DNA from: an uncultured bacterium
Lineage (GTDB): Bacteria > Chloroflexota > Limnocylindria > QHBO01
NCBI GenBank assembly: GCA_965652075.1
Contig: CBFGTN010000005.1
Span: 766 to 64,765, forward strand
Length of the DNA stretch: 64,000 nucleotides
Reading direction: 5' to 3'
Below, piece by piece: positions 53,757-62,442 of this stretch (positions within the stretch are counted from its first letter, which is position 1; each line of letters opens with the position of its first letter). Both the position numbers and the translations under genes were made by a program. Under the pieces are notes generated by a model. The model made no database searches and was not told where the DNA came from. It saw nothing but the letters and a program-made list of their open reading frames with translations.

Positions 53757-55016
53757 TCATGCGCTCGCCAGCTCCGGTCGGAGCGCTCGCATCGCGGCGA
53801 GGCGCAGCGCCGGGTCGGCGAGCAGTGGCTCGAAGGCAAGCTCGGCGGCGCCGATGATCGGTGCACTCACGCCCAGCGCGCCAGGAACGACGCGGACCAG
53901 CTCGCGGGCAGCGGGAAGCGCATGGCGCCCGAGCGCCGCGTCGAGCTCGGATGCGGCAAGCGGCTGGATCCGGCCGAGAACCCCACCCAGGACCACGAGC
54001 GTCGGATTGAAGATGTTCACCAGCGACGCGATCCCGACGCCCAGCCAGGTCCCGACGTGCGCCACGGCCGCCTGCGCCGCGGGCTCGCCCGCCGTGGCCG
54101 CTTCGATGAGCTCGTCGACCGCGGCCGCGCCACCGGTCGCCGGACGGCCGGCCCGGACGAGCATCGCGCGCTCGCCGATCTCGGTCTCCCAGCAGCCGAA
54201 GGAGCCGCACGCGCAGGCCGATCCCCCCGGGTTGACGACCATGTGGCCGACCTCGCCCGCGTACCCGGCCGCCCCGTCCAGCGGCTCGCCGCCGACCGTC
54301 ACGTGGCCGCCGACGCCGACCTCGCCCGCGACATACACGACGTTCGCCTCACCGATCGCCGCTCCCCGGCGATGCTCGGCGAGGCCGCCGAGGTCCGCCT
54401 CGTTGGCGATCGCGATCGGCGCATCGGTCCGCAGGGCCGACACGAGGCGCTCGCCGAGCGGCTCGTTCGTCCAGCCCAGGTTGGGGGCCAGGCGCACGAG
54501 GCCGTCGCGGCGGCGGACGACCCCGGCGACGGCGACGCCGACGCCCACCAGCCCGTCGTCGGGACCGGACGCGAGCGCGGGACGGGCAAGCTCGACGAGG
54601 TCGGCGACGATCTGCTCGAGCGTGACGTGCGCGCGCGGCCGGTCGACCCGGACGAGCGAGTGGATCGCGCCGCCAAGGCCGATGCGGGCTGCGGCGAGCG
54701 AGTCGACGTTGACCTCGAGCGCAAGCACCGACGCTCCGTCGGGGTCGGGATGGACCATCGGCGAGGGCCGCCCCGGCGCGCCGTCGGGGGCGCTTGGGGT
54801 TTCCGCCAGCAGCCCGCCCCTGACGAGCTCGCCGATCAGGCCGCGGATCGCGGACCGCGTGAGCCCGGTATGGGCAACGAGCTCGGAGCGGGAGAGGGGC
54901 CCCCGGAGGTGGACGGCACGGACGATCGCGCTCAGGTTCGAGCGGCGGACCGTCTCGCTGCGCTGGCCGACCACGTCGCGAGGCGTGAGCACGAGGTTTG
55001 TGTTCCTCTCATCCAA
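53757..55016 (-). CDS. xylR: ROK-family transcriptional repressor (XylR-like)
   Basis: N-terminal wHTH RRSNLSAIVRAVHLRGPLSRSELVAHTGLTRSAIRGLIGELV. ROK sugar-kinase-like core with GHMVV...CACGSFGCWE zinc motif. The longest ORF starts at TTG 55016. GTG 54989, preceded by GAGAGGAA, is an alternative start. Confidence 0.85.
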   Translation of the reverse strand: MDERNTNLVLTPRDVVGQRSETVRRSNLSAIVRAVHLRGPLSRSELVAHTGLTRSAIRGLIGELVRGGLLAETPSAPDGAPGRPSPMVHPDPDGASVLALEVNVDSLAAARIGLGGAIHSLVRVDRPRAHVTLEQIVADLVELARPALASGPDDGLVGVGVAVAGVVRRRDGLVRLAPNLGWTNEPLGERLVSALRTDAPIAIANEADLGGLAEHRRGAAIGEANVVYVAGEVGVGGHVTVGGEPLDGAAGYAGEVGHMVVNPGGSACACGSFGCWETEIGERAMLVRAGRPATGGAAAVDELIEAATAGEPAAQAAVAHVGTWLGVGIASLVNIFNPTLVVLGGVLGRIQPLAASELDAALGRHALPAARELVRVVPGALGVSAPIIGAAELAFEPLLADPALRLAAMRALRPELASA

Positions 55017-55018
55017 AC
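54996..55018. promoter_or_regulatory. Second copy of the 23-bp xyl operator-like palindrome, at the xylR start and divergent oxidoreductase promoter
   Basis: GTTTGTGttcctctcaTCCAAAC. It has the same length and architecture as 47308-47330 and matches it at 17 of 23 positions when aligned on the same strand. Both copies are preceded by AG. Confidence 0.5.
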
Positions 55019-55083
55019 GTTGCCGTAGACTCCTCTATCGCCGCGCCACCTGTCAATACGGACGCACCGGAGGATCGTTACGC

Positions 55084-56073
55084 ATGCGACGCCTGCGCTG
55101 GGGCGTGCTCTCCACGGCCTCCATCGGCCGCGTGAAGGTCATCCCCGCGATCCAGAAGGCGCCGCACTGCGAGGTCGTCGCCATCGCCTCGCGCGATGCG
55201 GGCGTGGCCGCAAGCGTCGCGGAGTCGCTCGGCATCCCGCGAGCCCACGGGTCGTACGAGGCGCTCCTCGCCGACCCGGAGGTCGAGGCGGTCTACATCC
55301 CCTTGCCCAACCACCTCCACGCGCAGTGGACGATCGCGGCCGCGAAGGCCGGCAAGCACGTCCTCTGCGAGAAGCCGCTCGCGCTCACGCCGCCGGACGC
55401 GGAGCGCATGATCGAGGTGGCGGACCGCGAGGGCGTCCGGCTCATGGAGGCCTTCATGTACCGCCTCCACCCGTCGTGGGTCGCGGCCCGCGAGCTCGTC
55501 GCAGCCGGTCGCATCGGCCGCCTGACGGCGGTGCAGAGCTGGTTCAGCTACTTCAACGACGACCCGACGAACATCCGCAACATCGTGGAGACCGGCGGCG
55601 GCGCGCTCTACGACATCGGCTGCTACAGCATCAACCTGTCACGCATGCTCTTCGGTGCCGAGCCCGACCGCGTGGAGGGCATGATCGTCCGCGATCCCGC
55701 CACCGGCACGGACGTCGTGACCAGCGGGATGCTCCGGTTCGGCGACGGCGTCGCGACCTTCACCTGCTCGACGCGCGCCGAGGACGACCAGCGCGTCCAC
55801 GTGTACGGCAGCGCGGGCAGGATCTCGATCGAGATTCCCTTCAACATCCCGCCGGATCGGCCGACCCGCATCTTCGTCGCCGCCGGCGGCGACCCCCCCG
55901 TCGCGCCGCTCAGCGAGACGATTACGTTCGTCGCGGCCCACCCGTACACGGGCGTGGCCGACGCCTTCGCGGAGGCCATCCTGGAGGGCCGCCCCGTTCC
56001 GGTGCCGCCCTCCGACGCCGTCGCGAACCTGCGCGTCATCGAGGCCCTCGTCGCGGCGGCCGAGCCGGCCTGA
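55084..56073 (+). CDS. Gfo/Idh/MocA-family oxidoreductase
   Basis: Start MRRLRWGVLSTASIGRVKVIPAI (ATG 55084). HVLCEKPLA motif. 329 aa. The rest of the 739-aa track ORF is antisense shadow over xylR. Confidence 0.8.
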   Translation: MRRLRWGVLSTASIGRVKVIPAIQKAPHCEVVAIASRDAGVAASVAESLGIPRAHGSYEALLADPEVEAVYIPLPNHLHAQWTIAAAKAGKHVLCEKPLALTPPDAERMIEVADREGVRLMEAFMYRLHPSWVAARELVAAGRIGRLTAVQSWFSYFNDDPTNIRNIVETGGGALYDIGCYSINLSRMLFGAEPDRVEGMIVRDPATGTDVVTSGMLRFGDGVATFTCSTRAEDDQRVHVYGSAGRISIEIPFNIPPDRPTRIFVAAGGDPPVAPLSETITFVAAHPYTGVADAFAEAILEGRPVPVPPSDAVANLRVIEALVAAAEPA

Positions 56074-56108
56074 GGCAAGGCCGGTCGCGCGATCCACGCT
56101 GTGCTTCA

Positions 56109-57776
56109 ATGCGGCGCGTGACCCCAGGCAGGCCGAGGCTGCTCGCGCTCGGTGTCGGCATCCCGCTCGTCGCCGCCGGAGCGGCAGCCGTGCTGGTTGG
56201 CCTCGGGATGCTGATGCCCGCCGCGTCCCCGCCAGCGCCCCACTTCGTGGAGGAGGCGGCATCCGCGGGCCTCGAGCATCGCTACGACGGCGAGTTCATG
56301 TTCTACGTCGGCGGAGGAGTCGCGATCTTCGACTGCGACGACGACGGGCGCCAGGACCTCTACCTGGCCGGCGGCGAGGGGCCCGCCGCGCTCTTCCGGA
56401 ACGAGAGTCCGGTCGGCGGCGCGCTCGCGTTCACGCCGGTCCCCGGCCGCGAGACCGACCTCCTCGACGTCGTCGGCGCGTACCCGCTCGACATCGACGG
56501 TGACGGGATCGACGACCTCGCCGTCCTCCGCCTCGGCGAGAACGTCCTCCTCCGAGGGCTCGGCGACTGCGCATTCGAGCGCGCGAACGAGGCGTGGGGC
56601 TACGACGGCGGATCGGCATGGACGACCGCCTTCAGCGCCACCTGGGAGTCGACGGCGACGTTTCCGACGCTCGCGTTCGGGAACTATCTCGAGCCTGCGT
56701 CGGTCACCGAGCGCACCTACGTCTGCGACGAGCACGAGCTCGTTCGCCCCGCCGCCGACGGGACGTCATACGCGGCGCCGACGCGGATCGGCCCCGGGTT
56801 GTGCACGCTGTCGATGCTGTTCAGCGACTGGGACCGGTCCGGGCGGCGCGACCTGCGGATCTCGAACGACCGGCACTACCACCCGACCGCCCAGGAGCAG
56901 CTGTTCCGCGTTGAGCCCGGCGAGGCGCCGCGCGCGTGGACTCGTGAGGAAGGGTGGCAGGCCGTGCGAATCTGGGGCATGGGGATCGCGAGCTACGACC
57001 TGACCGGCGATGGCTATCCGGAGGTGTTCCTCACGAGCCAGGGCGACAACCGGCTCCAGACACTCGCCGACGGCCCGGAGCGGCCGACGTACGAGGACAT
57101 CGCGATCCAGCGCAACGCCACCGCCAGCAAGCCGTACACCGGCGACGTCGACCGGCTCTCGACCGCCTGGCACGCGGAGTTCCAGGACGTGAACAACGAC
57201 GGGTTCGTCGACCTGTTCGTCTCGAAGGGCAACGTCGAGGCCCTGCCCGACTACGCCGCCAGAGACCCGAACGACCTGCTCATGGGCCAGGCCGATGGGA
57301 CGTTCGTTGAGGGCGGCATGGAGGCGGGCATCGCGCGATTCGAGCGGGCGCGCGGCGCCGGCCTCGCCGACCTGAACCTCGACGGCCTGCTCGACCTCGT
57401 CGTCGTCAACCGGCGCGCGAACGTCGCCCTGTGGCGAAACGTGGGCGCCGGGGATGCCGAAGCCCCCGAGCCGATGGGCAACTGGATCGCCCTGCGGCTC
57501 GCCGACGAGGGAGCGAACCGCGACGCGATCGGCGCATGGGTCGAGGTCACCGCCGGTGATCGCGTCCTGCGGCGAGAGGTGACGGTCGGTGGCGGGCATG
57601 CCGGCGGCCAGCTGGGCTGGATCCACGTCGGCATCGGCGATGCGGACCGCGCGAGCGTGCGGGTCATCTGGCCCGACGGCGAGGAGGGCGGGCCCATGGA
57701 CGTCGAGGCGAATGCGTTCGCGATCCTCGAGCACGGTGCCACCGAGGCGACCACGTGGCAGCCACCGGGCGGCTGA
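56109..57776 (+). CDS. CRTAC1-family protein (FG-GAP/VCBS repeats plus a C-terminal ASPIC/UnbV domain), N-terminal TM
   Basis: Start MRRVTPGRPRLLALGVGIPLVAAG. Repeats FDCDDDGRQDLYLAG, DIDGDGIDDLAVL, DLTGDGYPEVFLT, DVNNDGFVDLFVS and DLNLDGLLDLVVVN. The C-terminus is GAWVEV...GGGHAGGQLGWIHVGIG...VRVIWPDG. Confidence 0.75.
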   Translation: MRRVTPGRPRLLALGVGIPLVAAGAAAVLVGLGMLMPAASPPAPHFVEEAASAGLEHRYDGEFMFYVGGGVAIFDCDDDGRQDLYLAGGEGPAALFRNESPVGGALAFTPVPGRETDLLDVVGAYPLDIDGDGIDDLAVLRLGENVLLRGLGDCAFERANEAWGYDGGSAWTTAFSATWESTATFPTLAFGNYLEPASVTERTYVCDEHELVRPAADGTSYAAPTRIGPGLCTLSMLFSDWDRSGRRDLRISNDRHYHPTAQEQLFRVEPGEAPRAWTREEGWQAVRIWGMGIASYDLTGDGYPEVFLTSQGDNRLQTLADGPERPTYEDIAIQRNATASKPYTGDVDRLSTAWHAEFQDVNNDGFVDLFVSKGNVEALPDYAARDPNDLLMGQADGTFVEGGMEAGIARFERARGAGLADLNLDGLLDLVVVNRRANVALWRNVGAGDAEAPEPMGNWIALRLADEGANRDAIGAWVEVTAGDRVLRREVTVGGGHAGGQLGWIHVGIGDADRASVRVIWPDGEEGGPMDVEANAFAILEHGATEATTWQPPGG

Positions 57777-59158
57777 TGGGATCCGCGGCTCCGGTCCTCC
57801 GCGAGGTGTCCCTTCCCGACTTCGGGATGCCGTCGGGGGTGCCCGAGATCCCGACCGCGGTGTACGAGGCGCGGCTGACGCGCCTTCGCGAGCGCGCCGA
57901 GCGCCGTGGATACGATCGGGTCGTTGTCTACGCCGACCGCGAGCACAGCGCGAACGCCTCGTACCTCACCGGGTTCGACCCGCGGTTCGAGGAGGCGCTG
58001 CTCGTCATCGGCCCGGAAGGCGAGCCCGCCGTGCTCGTCGGCAACGAGTGCTGGGGGATCGCCGGCGCCGCCCCGATCGGCCTGCGGCGCCATCGCTTCC
58101 AGGACTTCAGCCTGCCGAACCAGCCGCGCGATCGATCGGAGCCGCTGGCCGACATCCTCGCCTCGGAGGGCGTGGCGCGTGGCGCGCGGATCGGCGTCGT
58201 CGGCTGGAAGGCATACGGATCACCCGGGATGAGCGACCTGCCCGCCTACCTCGTCGACGAGCTGCGCGGGCTCGTCGGCAGCGAGGGCTCGGTGGAGAAC
58301 GCGACCGACCTGTTCATCGACCCGTCGGACGGGCTGCGGGTCATCAACGAGCCGGAGCAGGTCGCTGCGATCGAGTGGGCCAGCTGTCACACGTCGACCG
58401 GGATGCGCTCCCTCCTCGCCGGCCTTCGCCCGGGCATGTCCGAGCACGAGGCGGTGGCGCTGCTCGGCTGGAACGGCTGGCCGCTGTCGTGCCACCTGAT
58501 GCTGACGGCCGGGCCGCGCGCGCGATACGGGCTGCTCAGCCCCGGCGACCGGCGAATCGAGCGCGGCGACCCGTTCACGAGCGCCTTCGGGATCTGGGGC
58601 GCTCTCACGTGCCGGGCGGGCTTCGTCGTCGAGGACGCCTCGGAGCTGCCGGAGCCGATCCGCGACTACGTCGACCGACTCGTGGGCCCGTACTTCGCCG
58701 CGATCGGCGCGTGGTACGCGGCGCTCCACGTCGGCCAGACCGGCGGCGCGCTGCAGTCGATCATCGACGAGCGGCTGGGCGACCCCTTCTTCGGCATCTT
58801 CCTGAACCCCGGGCACCAGATCCACCTCGACGAGTGGGTCGCGTCGCCGATCTTCCCCGGCTCGAGGGTCCAGCTGCGCTCCGGGATGGCCTTCCAGGTC
58901 GACGTCATCCCGGCAACGGGGACGGATTACTTCACGACGAACATCGAGGACGGCATCCTCCTCGCCGACGGAACGCTTCGGGACGCGCTCAGGGAGCGGT
59001 TCCCGGAGATGTGGTCGCGGATCGAGCGACGGCGCGCGTTCATGGCCGATGCGCTCGGCATCGAGCTGCATCCCGACGTCCTCCCCCTGTCGAACCTCCC
59101 CGCCGTCCTGACGCCGTTCATCCTCCGCCCAGACCTCGCGATGTCGTTGCCCGGATGA
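57776..59158 (+). CDS. Creatinase/prolidase-fold (M24-like) protein with degenerate metal ligands
   Basis: ATG 57776 overlaps the upstream TGA. Creatinase_N-like block YEARLTRLRERAERRGYDRVVVYADREHSANASYLTGFDP. C-terminal pita-bread-like region with GHQIHLDE and NIEDGILL, but the usual Asp-Asp pair is replaced (SAFGIWGALTCRAG). Confidence 0.6.
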   Translation: MGSAAPVLREVSLPDFGMPSGVPEIPTAVYEARLTRLRERAERRGYDRVVVYADREHSANASYLTGFDPRFEEALLVIGPEGEPAVLVGNECWGIAGAAPIGLRRHRFQDFSLPNQPRDRSEPLADILASEGVARGARIGVVGWKAYGSPGMSDLPAYLVDELRGLVGSEGSVENATDLFIDPSDGLRVINEPEQVAAIEWASCHTSTGMRSLLAGLRPGMSEHEAVALLGWNGWPLSCHLMLTAGPRARYGLLSPGDRRIERGDPFTSAFGIWGALTCRAGFVVEDASELPEPIRDYVDRLVGPYFAAIGAWYAALHVGQTGGALQSIIDERLGDPFFGIFLNPGHQIHLDEWVASPIFPGSRVQLRSGMAFQVDVIPATGTDYFTTNIEDGILLADGTLRDALRERFPEMWSRIERRRAFMADALGIELHPDVLPLSNLPAVLTPFILRPDLAMSLPG

Positions 59159-60042
59159 CGGCGCGCCGCGCGCTGACGGTCCGCAGTGAGACGCTCGAGG
59201 TCGTCGTCCTGCCCGATGCCGGCGGGCGCATCCATCGGCTCCGTGCCTTCGGCGAGGACCTGCTGCGAACCCCGGACGACGAGGCCACGCACGGCGCGGA
59301 GCCCTTCTTCTGGGGCGCCTACGTCATGGCGCCGTGGTGCAACCGTGCCCGTACGGGCCTGATGGAGGTTGCGGGCCGGCAGGTCGGGCTGGAGCCGAAC
59401 TTTGCGGACGGAACGGCCATCCACGGGCTCGTGTCGTCGGCGGCGTGGCACGAAGGCAGGGACGCTGAGCTCGCCATTGTTCGCGACGCCGGCCGCGACT
59501 GGCCGTGGGCCTTCGAGGTGCACCAGGCGACGAGCGTCGAGGCGGACACCCTGACGGCGGCGTATCGGCTCACCAACCTCGATCGCGAGGCCGCGATGCC
59601 CGCGGGCATCGGCCTCCATCCGTGGTTCCGGAGCCCGGTCGAGCTGCGGGTCCCCGCCGAGCGCGCCTACGCCTCGAACACGGAGTCGGCACCCCTCGCC
59701 GCGCCGGCCGAGGGCGAGCTCGACCTTCGGACCCTGCGACCGCCGGCGAGCGGGATCGACGCGACGATGGCGGCGCTCACCGAGCCGCGGGTCGACCTCG
59801 CCTGGCCGGCCCTGGGCATCCGCGCCAGGCTCGAGGTCCAGACCGATGCCGCCGCCATCCTCGTCGCGGTCGCGACGCCGCCGGACCTCGGAGCGATCGC
59901 GGTCGAGCCGCAGACCCACGGCCCGGACCCGCTTCGCCGCCTGTCCGCCGGGGAGCCGGATGCACCGATGCTCCTGCCGCCGGGCGCAGCGCTCTGCCTC
60001 ACGGTGCGCATCACCGTCGAGCGCGACGGGGCGGTCTCGTGA
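59155..60042 (+). CDS. Aldose 1-epimerase (mutarotase) family protein
   Basis: ATGA overlap at 59155-58. LPDAGGRIHRL...APWCNR...IHGLV...WPWAFEV...GLHPWF...IAVEPQT blocks. Confidence 0.75.
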   Translation: MTARRALTVRSETLEVVVLPDAGGRIHRLRAFGEDLLRTPDDEATHGAEPFFWGAYVMAPWCNRARTGLMEVAGRQVGLEPNFADGTAIHGLVSSAAWHEGRDAELAIVRDAGRDWPWAFEVHQATSVEADTLTAAYRLTNLDREAAMPAGIGLHPWFRSPVELRVPAERAYASNTESAPLAAPAEGELDLRTLRPPASGIDATMAALTEPRVDLAWPALGIRARLEVQTDAAAILVAVATPPDLGAIAVEPQTHGPDPLRRLSAGEPDAPMLLPPGAALCLTVRITVERDGAVS

Positions 60043-61387
60043 CTCGACGACCTCGGCGGCCGGTCGGAACGGCGACGCCGACCATCCCGCCGCGCGTCGT
60101 CATCCAGCCGACGCCGTAGACGTCGCGCGTCGCCCCGCCCGGGAGGCGCACGAGCGAACGGCCCGCCCACCAGCCCCGTGCCGCGAGGCGCTGCCACTCG
60201 CGCTCGTGCCACGACGGTGGCAGAGCGGTCAGGTCGTTGAAGTACGACCGCCAGAGCTGGCGCGTGGTCCGCTCGTAGAGCGCCGCGGCGCCCGGAGACG
60301 CGCCCGTGACGCGGCCCAGGCGATCGCCGGTGATGACCGCGGCGGCCGGGTCCCGCAGCAGCAGGTCGGCGACCGCATCGTCGAGGCCGGCGCCCGCGCC
60401 CACGCTCAGGGCGGCCGGGACCGCGAGGCTCAACGGCAGCCCGGCGCCACGGTTGGCGGCGGCGATCAGCGGCCCCCCGCCTGGCCGCAGCTGTCGGTCC
60501 GTCGCGTCGGGGCCACGGGTGACGACCGGGACGCGCTCCCACCCGACGTCGTCGATCCGTTCGAGGATGCGCGCCTGCTCGTCGGCATCCGTCGCGCGGA
60601 GGACGATCGCGGCGGGAGGCCCGTCCTCGGCGTCGACCCGCGGGCGCGAGACGATCCTGTATCGCTCCGCGGCGGATCGCCGCAGGGCTCGGGCGACGGC
60701 GCCGGAGCCGCTCGCGCCGATCAGTCGAGCCTCGGGCGCCCGGTCCTGAGCCTCGGCCATCGGCCGGGGCGTCACGTCGGCCTCCGCCAGGAACGTCCGG
60801 ATGAGCTTCAGGCTGACCCGGATGCGCGTCTTGACCGTGCCGAGCGGCAGGCCGGTCAGGCCCGCGATCGCGGAGTGGCTCCAGCCGTCGACGAAGGCGA
60901 GGCGGACGAGGTGCGCGTTCCGGGGGTCGAGGCGGCCGATGAGCGCCAGCAGCTCCTCGGCCTGCAGCTCGTCCGAGGGACCCGGGGCGAGCGATGGGAC
61001 GAGAAGGTACTCCTCGGCCCCCCGGGCCGCCCCGCCGGCGAGCCGCGACGCCTCGCGCGCCCGGCGCCGGACATGGTCGATCGCGCGGTTGCGAACGACG
61101 CGATAGAGCCACTGGGGGACCGACCCGCGTCGCGCGTCGTAGGAGCGCGCCATCCGCGGCAGCTCCTCGAAGACCTCGTGGACGACGTCCTCGGCACCCA
61201 TCTCGTCGCCGAGCACGCTGATCGCCACGCCGATCGAGCCGTCACGGTAGCGACCGTAGAGGATCGCCACCGATCCAGGCTCGTCGTGCGCGGCGGCGAG
61301 CAGGACATCGGCATCCGATGCCTCCGACCCGCCGGCGATGACGTTCGTATTCGATTCGGTCACGGTCGAGCTCGGCGACAGTGCCAT
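60011..61387 (-). CDS. ECF-type sigma-70 factor fused to a C-terminal extension of about 260 aa with unknown function
   Basis: Region 2 DVVHEVFEELPRMARSYDARRGSVPQWLYRVVRNRAIDHVRRR. Region 4 LVRLAFVDGWSHSAIAGLTGLPLGTVKTRIRVSLKLIR. About 260 further residues follow with no TM segment. GGAG lies 7 nt before the ATG. Confidence 0.8.
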   Translation of the reverse strand: MALSPSSTVTESNTNVIAGGSEASDADVLLAAAHDEPGSVAILYGRYRDGSIGVAISVLGDEMGAEDVVHEVFEELPRMARSYDARRGSVPQWLYRVVRNRAIDHVRRRAREASRLAGGAARGAEEYLLVPSLAPGPSDELQAEELLALIGRLDPRNAHLVRLAFVDGWSHSAIAGLTGLPLGTVKTRIRVSLKLIRTFLAEADVTPRPMAEAQDRAPEARLIGASGSGAVARALRRSAAERYRIVSRPRVDAEDGPPAAIVLRATDADEQARILERIDDVGWERVPVVTRGPDATDRQLRPGGGPLIAAANRGAGLPLSLAVPAALSVGAGAGLDDAVADLLLRDPAAAVITGDRLGRVTGASPGAAALYERTTRQLWRSYFNDLTALPPSWHEREWQRLAARGWWAGRSLVRLPGGATRDVYGVGWMTTRGGMVGVAVPTGRRGRRVTRPPRRARR

Positions 61388-61469
61388 CAGTGGCTCCGGA
61401 CAGTGAGCCCCCGACCCCCATCATCGGCACCGAGTCAACGGGCGCTTGATCCGCGCCACGACGGGCGGC

Positions 61470-61793
61470 TCAGTGGGCTCGCGACGCCCCGGGGTGCGGT
61501 GCCGTGTTGCGCCGCCGGTCGCCGGCGCGACGGCCGTGGCGGACGGAGACGACGGATGCCTGTGCGGTGAGGCGCTCGACCGCTTCGGTCACCTGCTCGC
61601 TCGTCAGGATGCCGGCGGCCATCAGCTCCAGGAGCTGGTCGTAGCGCGCGGCGGCCGCCGTCGCCGGCGGGCGCGTGCGGGAAGGCTTCGCGAGCGCCGG
61701 CTCGATCTCCGCGCTCCCGACGAGCACCGCCGACCGGGCCATCACCTCGATGAGCCCGGGACCGCTCCTGCTGCGCTTCGGACGCTTTCGCAT
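61470..61793 (-). CDS. Small SHOCT-like domain protein
   Basis: Start at the second ATG after GGAAGGA, giving MRKRPKRSRSGPGLIEVMARSAVLVGSAEI...YDQLLELMAAGILTSEQVTEAVERL. The RxGPGL...A(V/L)VxG(S/T)A head plus a short amphipathic tail is the pattern I associate with actinobacterial SHOCT proteins. Competing shadow ORFs exist on both strands. Confidence 0.45.
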   Translation of the reverse strand: MRKRPKRSRSGPGLIEVMARSAVLVGSAEIEPALAKPSRTRPPATAAAARYDQLLELMAAGILTSEQVTEAVERLTAQASVVSVRHGRRAGDRRRNTAPHPGASRAH

Positions 61794-61915
61794 GCCCGCC
61801 ATTCCTTCCGGTCGGGATACGACCCGCCGCCGGCGCGCGGATTGCCGCTCGCCATCCATCGGGCCGCGACGGTGCGTACGGGATTCGACACCGTCCGCAC
61901 GCCAGGTCGGTCCCG

Positions 61916-62347
61916 ATGACATATGGCCCGGTCGAGATGATCGTCGTCTCGACGCCCGAGCAGCATCCGAGCCCGAGCGTCGTGAAGTCGCTGCGCGCCA
62001 TCACGGATCGCGACGGGATCCGCATCATCGACGTCGCCTTCGTGCACACCGACGACGCCGGAACGGTCTCGACCTCCGAGCTGGCCGACCTGCCGGACGA
62101 GGCGTATCGCCGGCTCGCGCCGATCGTGAGCGAGGTGAGCGGACTGATCGCCGAGGACGACCTGCTGGAGCTCGGCGCGGGGCTCGGCGCGAGCCGCCAT
62201 GCCGGCGTCTACCTGCTCGAGCATCACTGGGCGCGTCGCATGGACACCGACGTGCGTCGCAGCGGCGCGCGCGTCCTTCTCCACCTCCGCGTGCCGCGCG
62301 ACGCGGTCTCCGAGATCGCGAGCGTTCGCGCGGATCGCGCGCGCTGA
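61916..62347 (+). CDS. DUF6325-like small soluble protein
   Basis: 143 aa. MTYGPVEMIVVSTPEQHPSPSVVKSLRAITDRDGIRIIDVAFVHTDDAGTV resembles the GPVE...(I/V)R(I/L)(I/L)D...(V/F)(V/I)xKDxxG head of that family. Recognition is from memory only. Confidence 0.5.
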   Translation: MTYGPVEMIVVSTPEQHPSPSVVKSLRAITDRDGIRIIDVAFVHTDDAGTVSTSELADLPDEAYRRLAPIVSEVSGLIAEDDLLELGAGLGASRHAGVYLLEHHWARRMDTDVRRSGARVLLHLRVPRDAVSEIASVRADRAR

Positions 62348-62442
62348 GCCACCTCCGATGCCGGCCCGCGAGGGCTAGGATGCGCCGATGGCCCTGCGAG
62401 GGATGACGCTCCCGACCCGCGCCGCGAGGTCCGTGCCCGTCG

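Noticed and set aside
61435-62049. Alternative ORFs over the SHOCT-like locus (204-aa minus, 157-aa plus, 150-aa longest form).
   Set aside because: These are mutually overlapping Arg-rich frames. Only the frame starting after GGAAGGA at 61793 yields a sequence with a recognisable head-plus-SHOCT-like organisation, and confidence in even that one remains modest.
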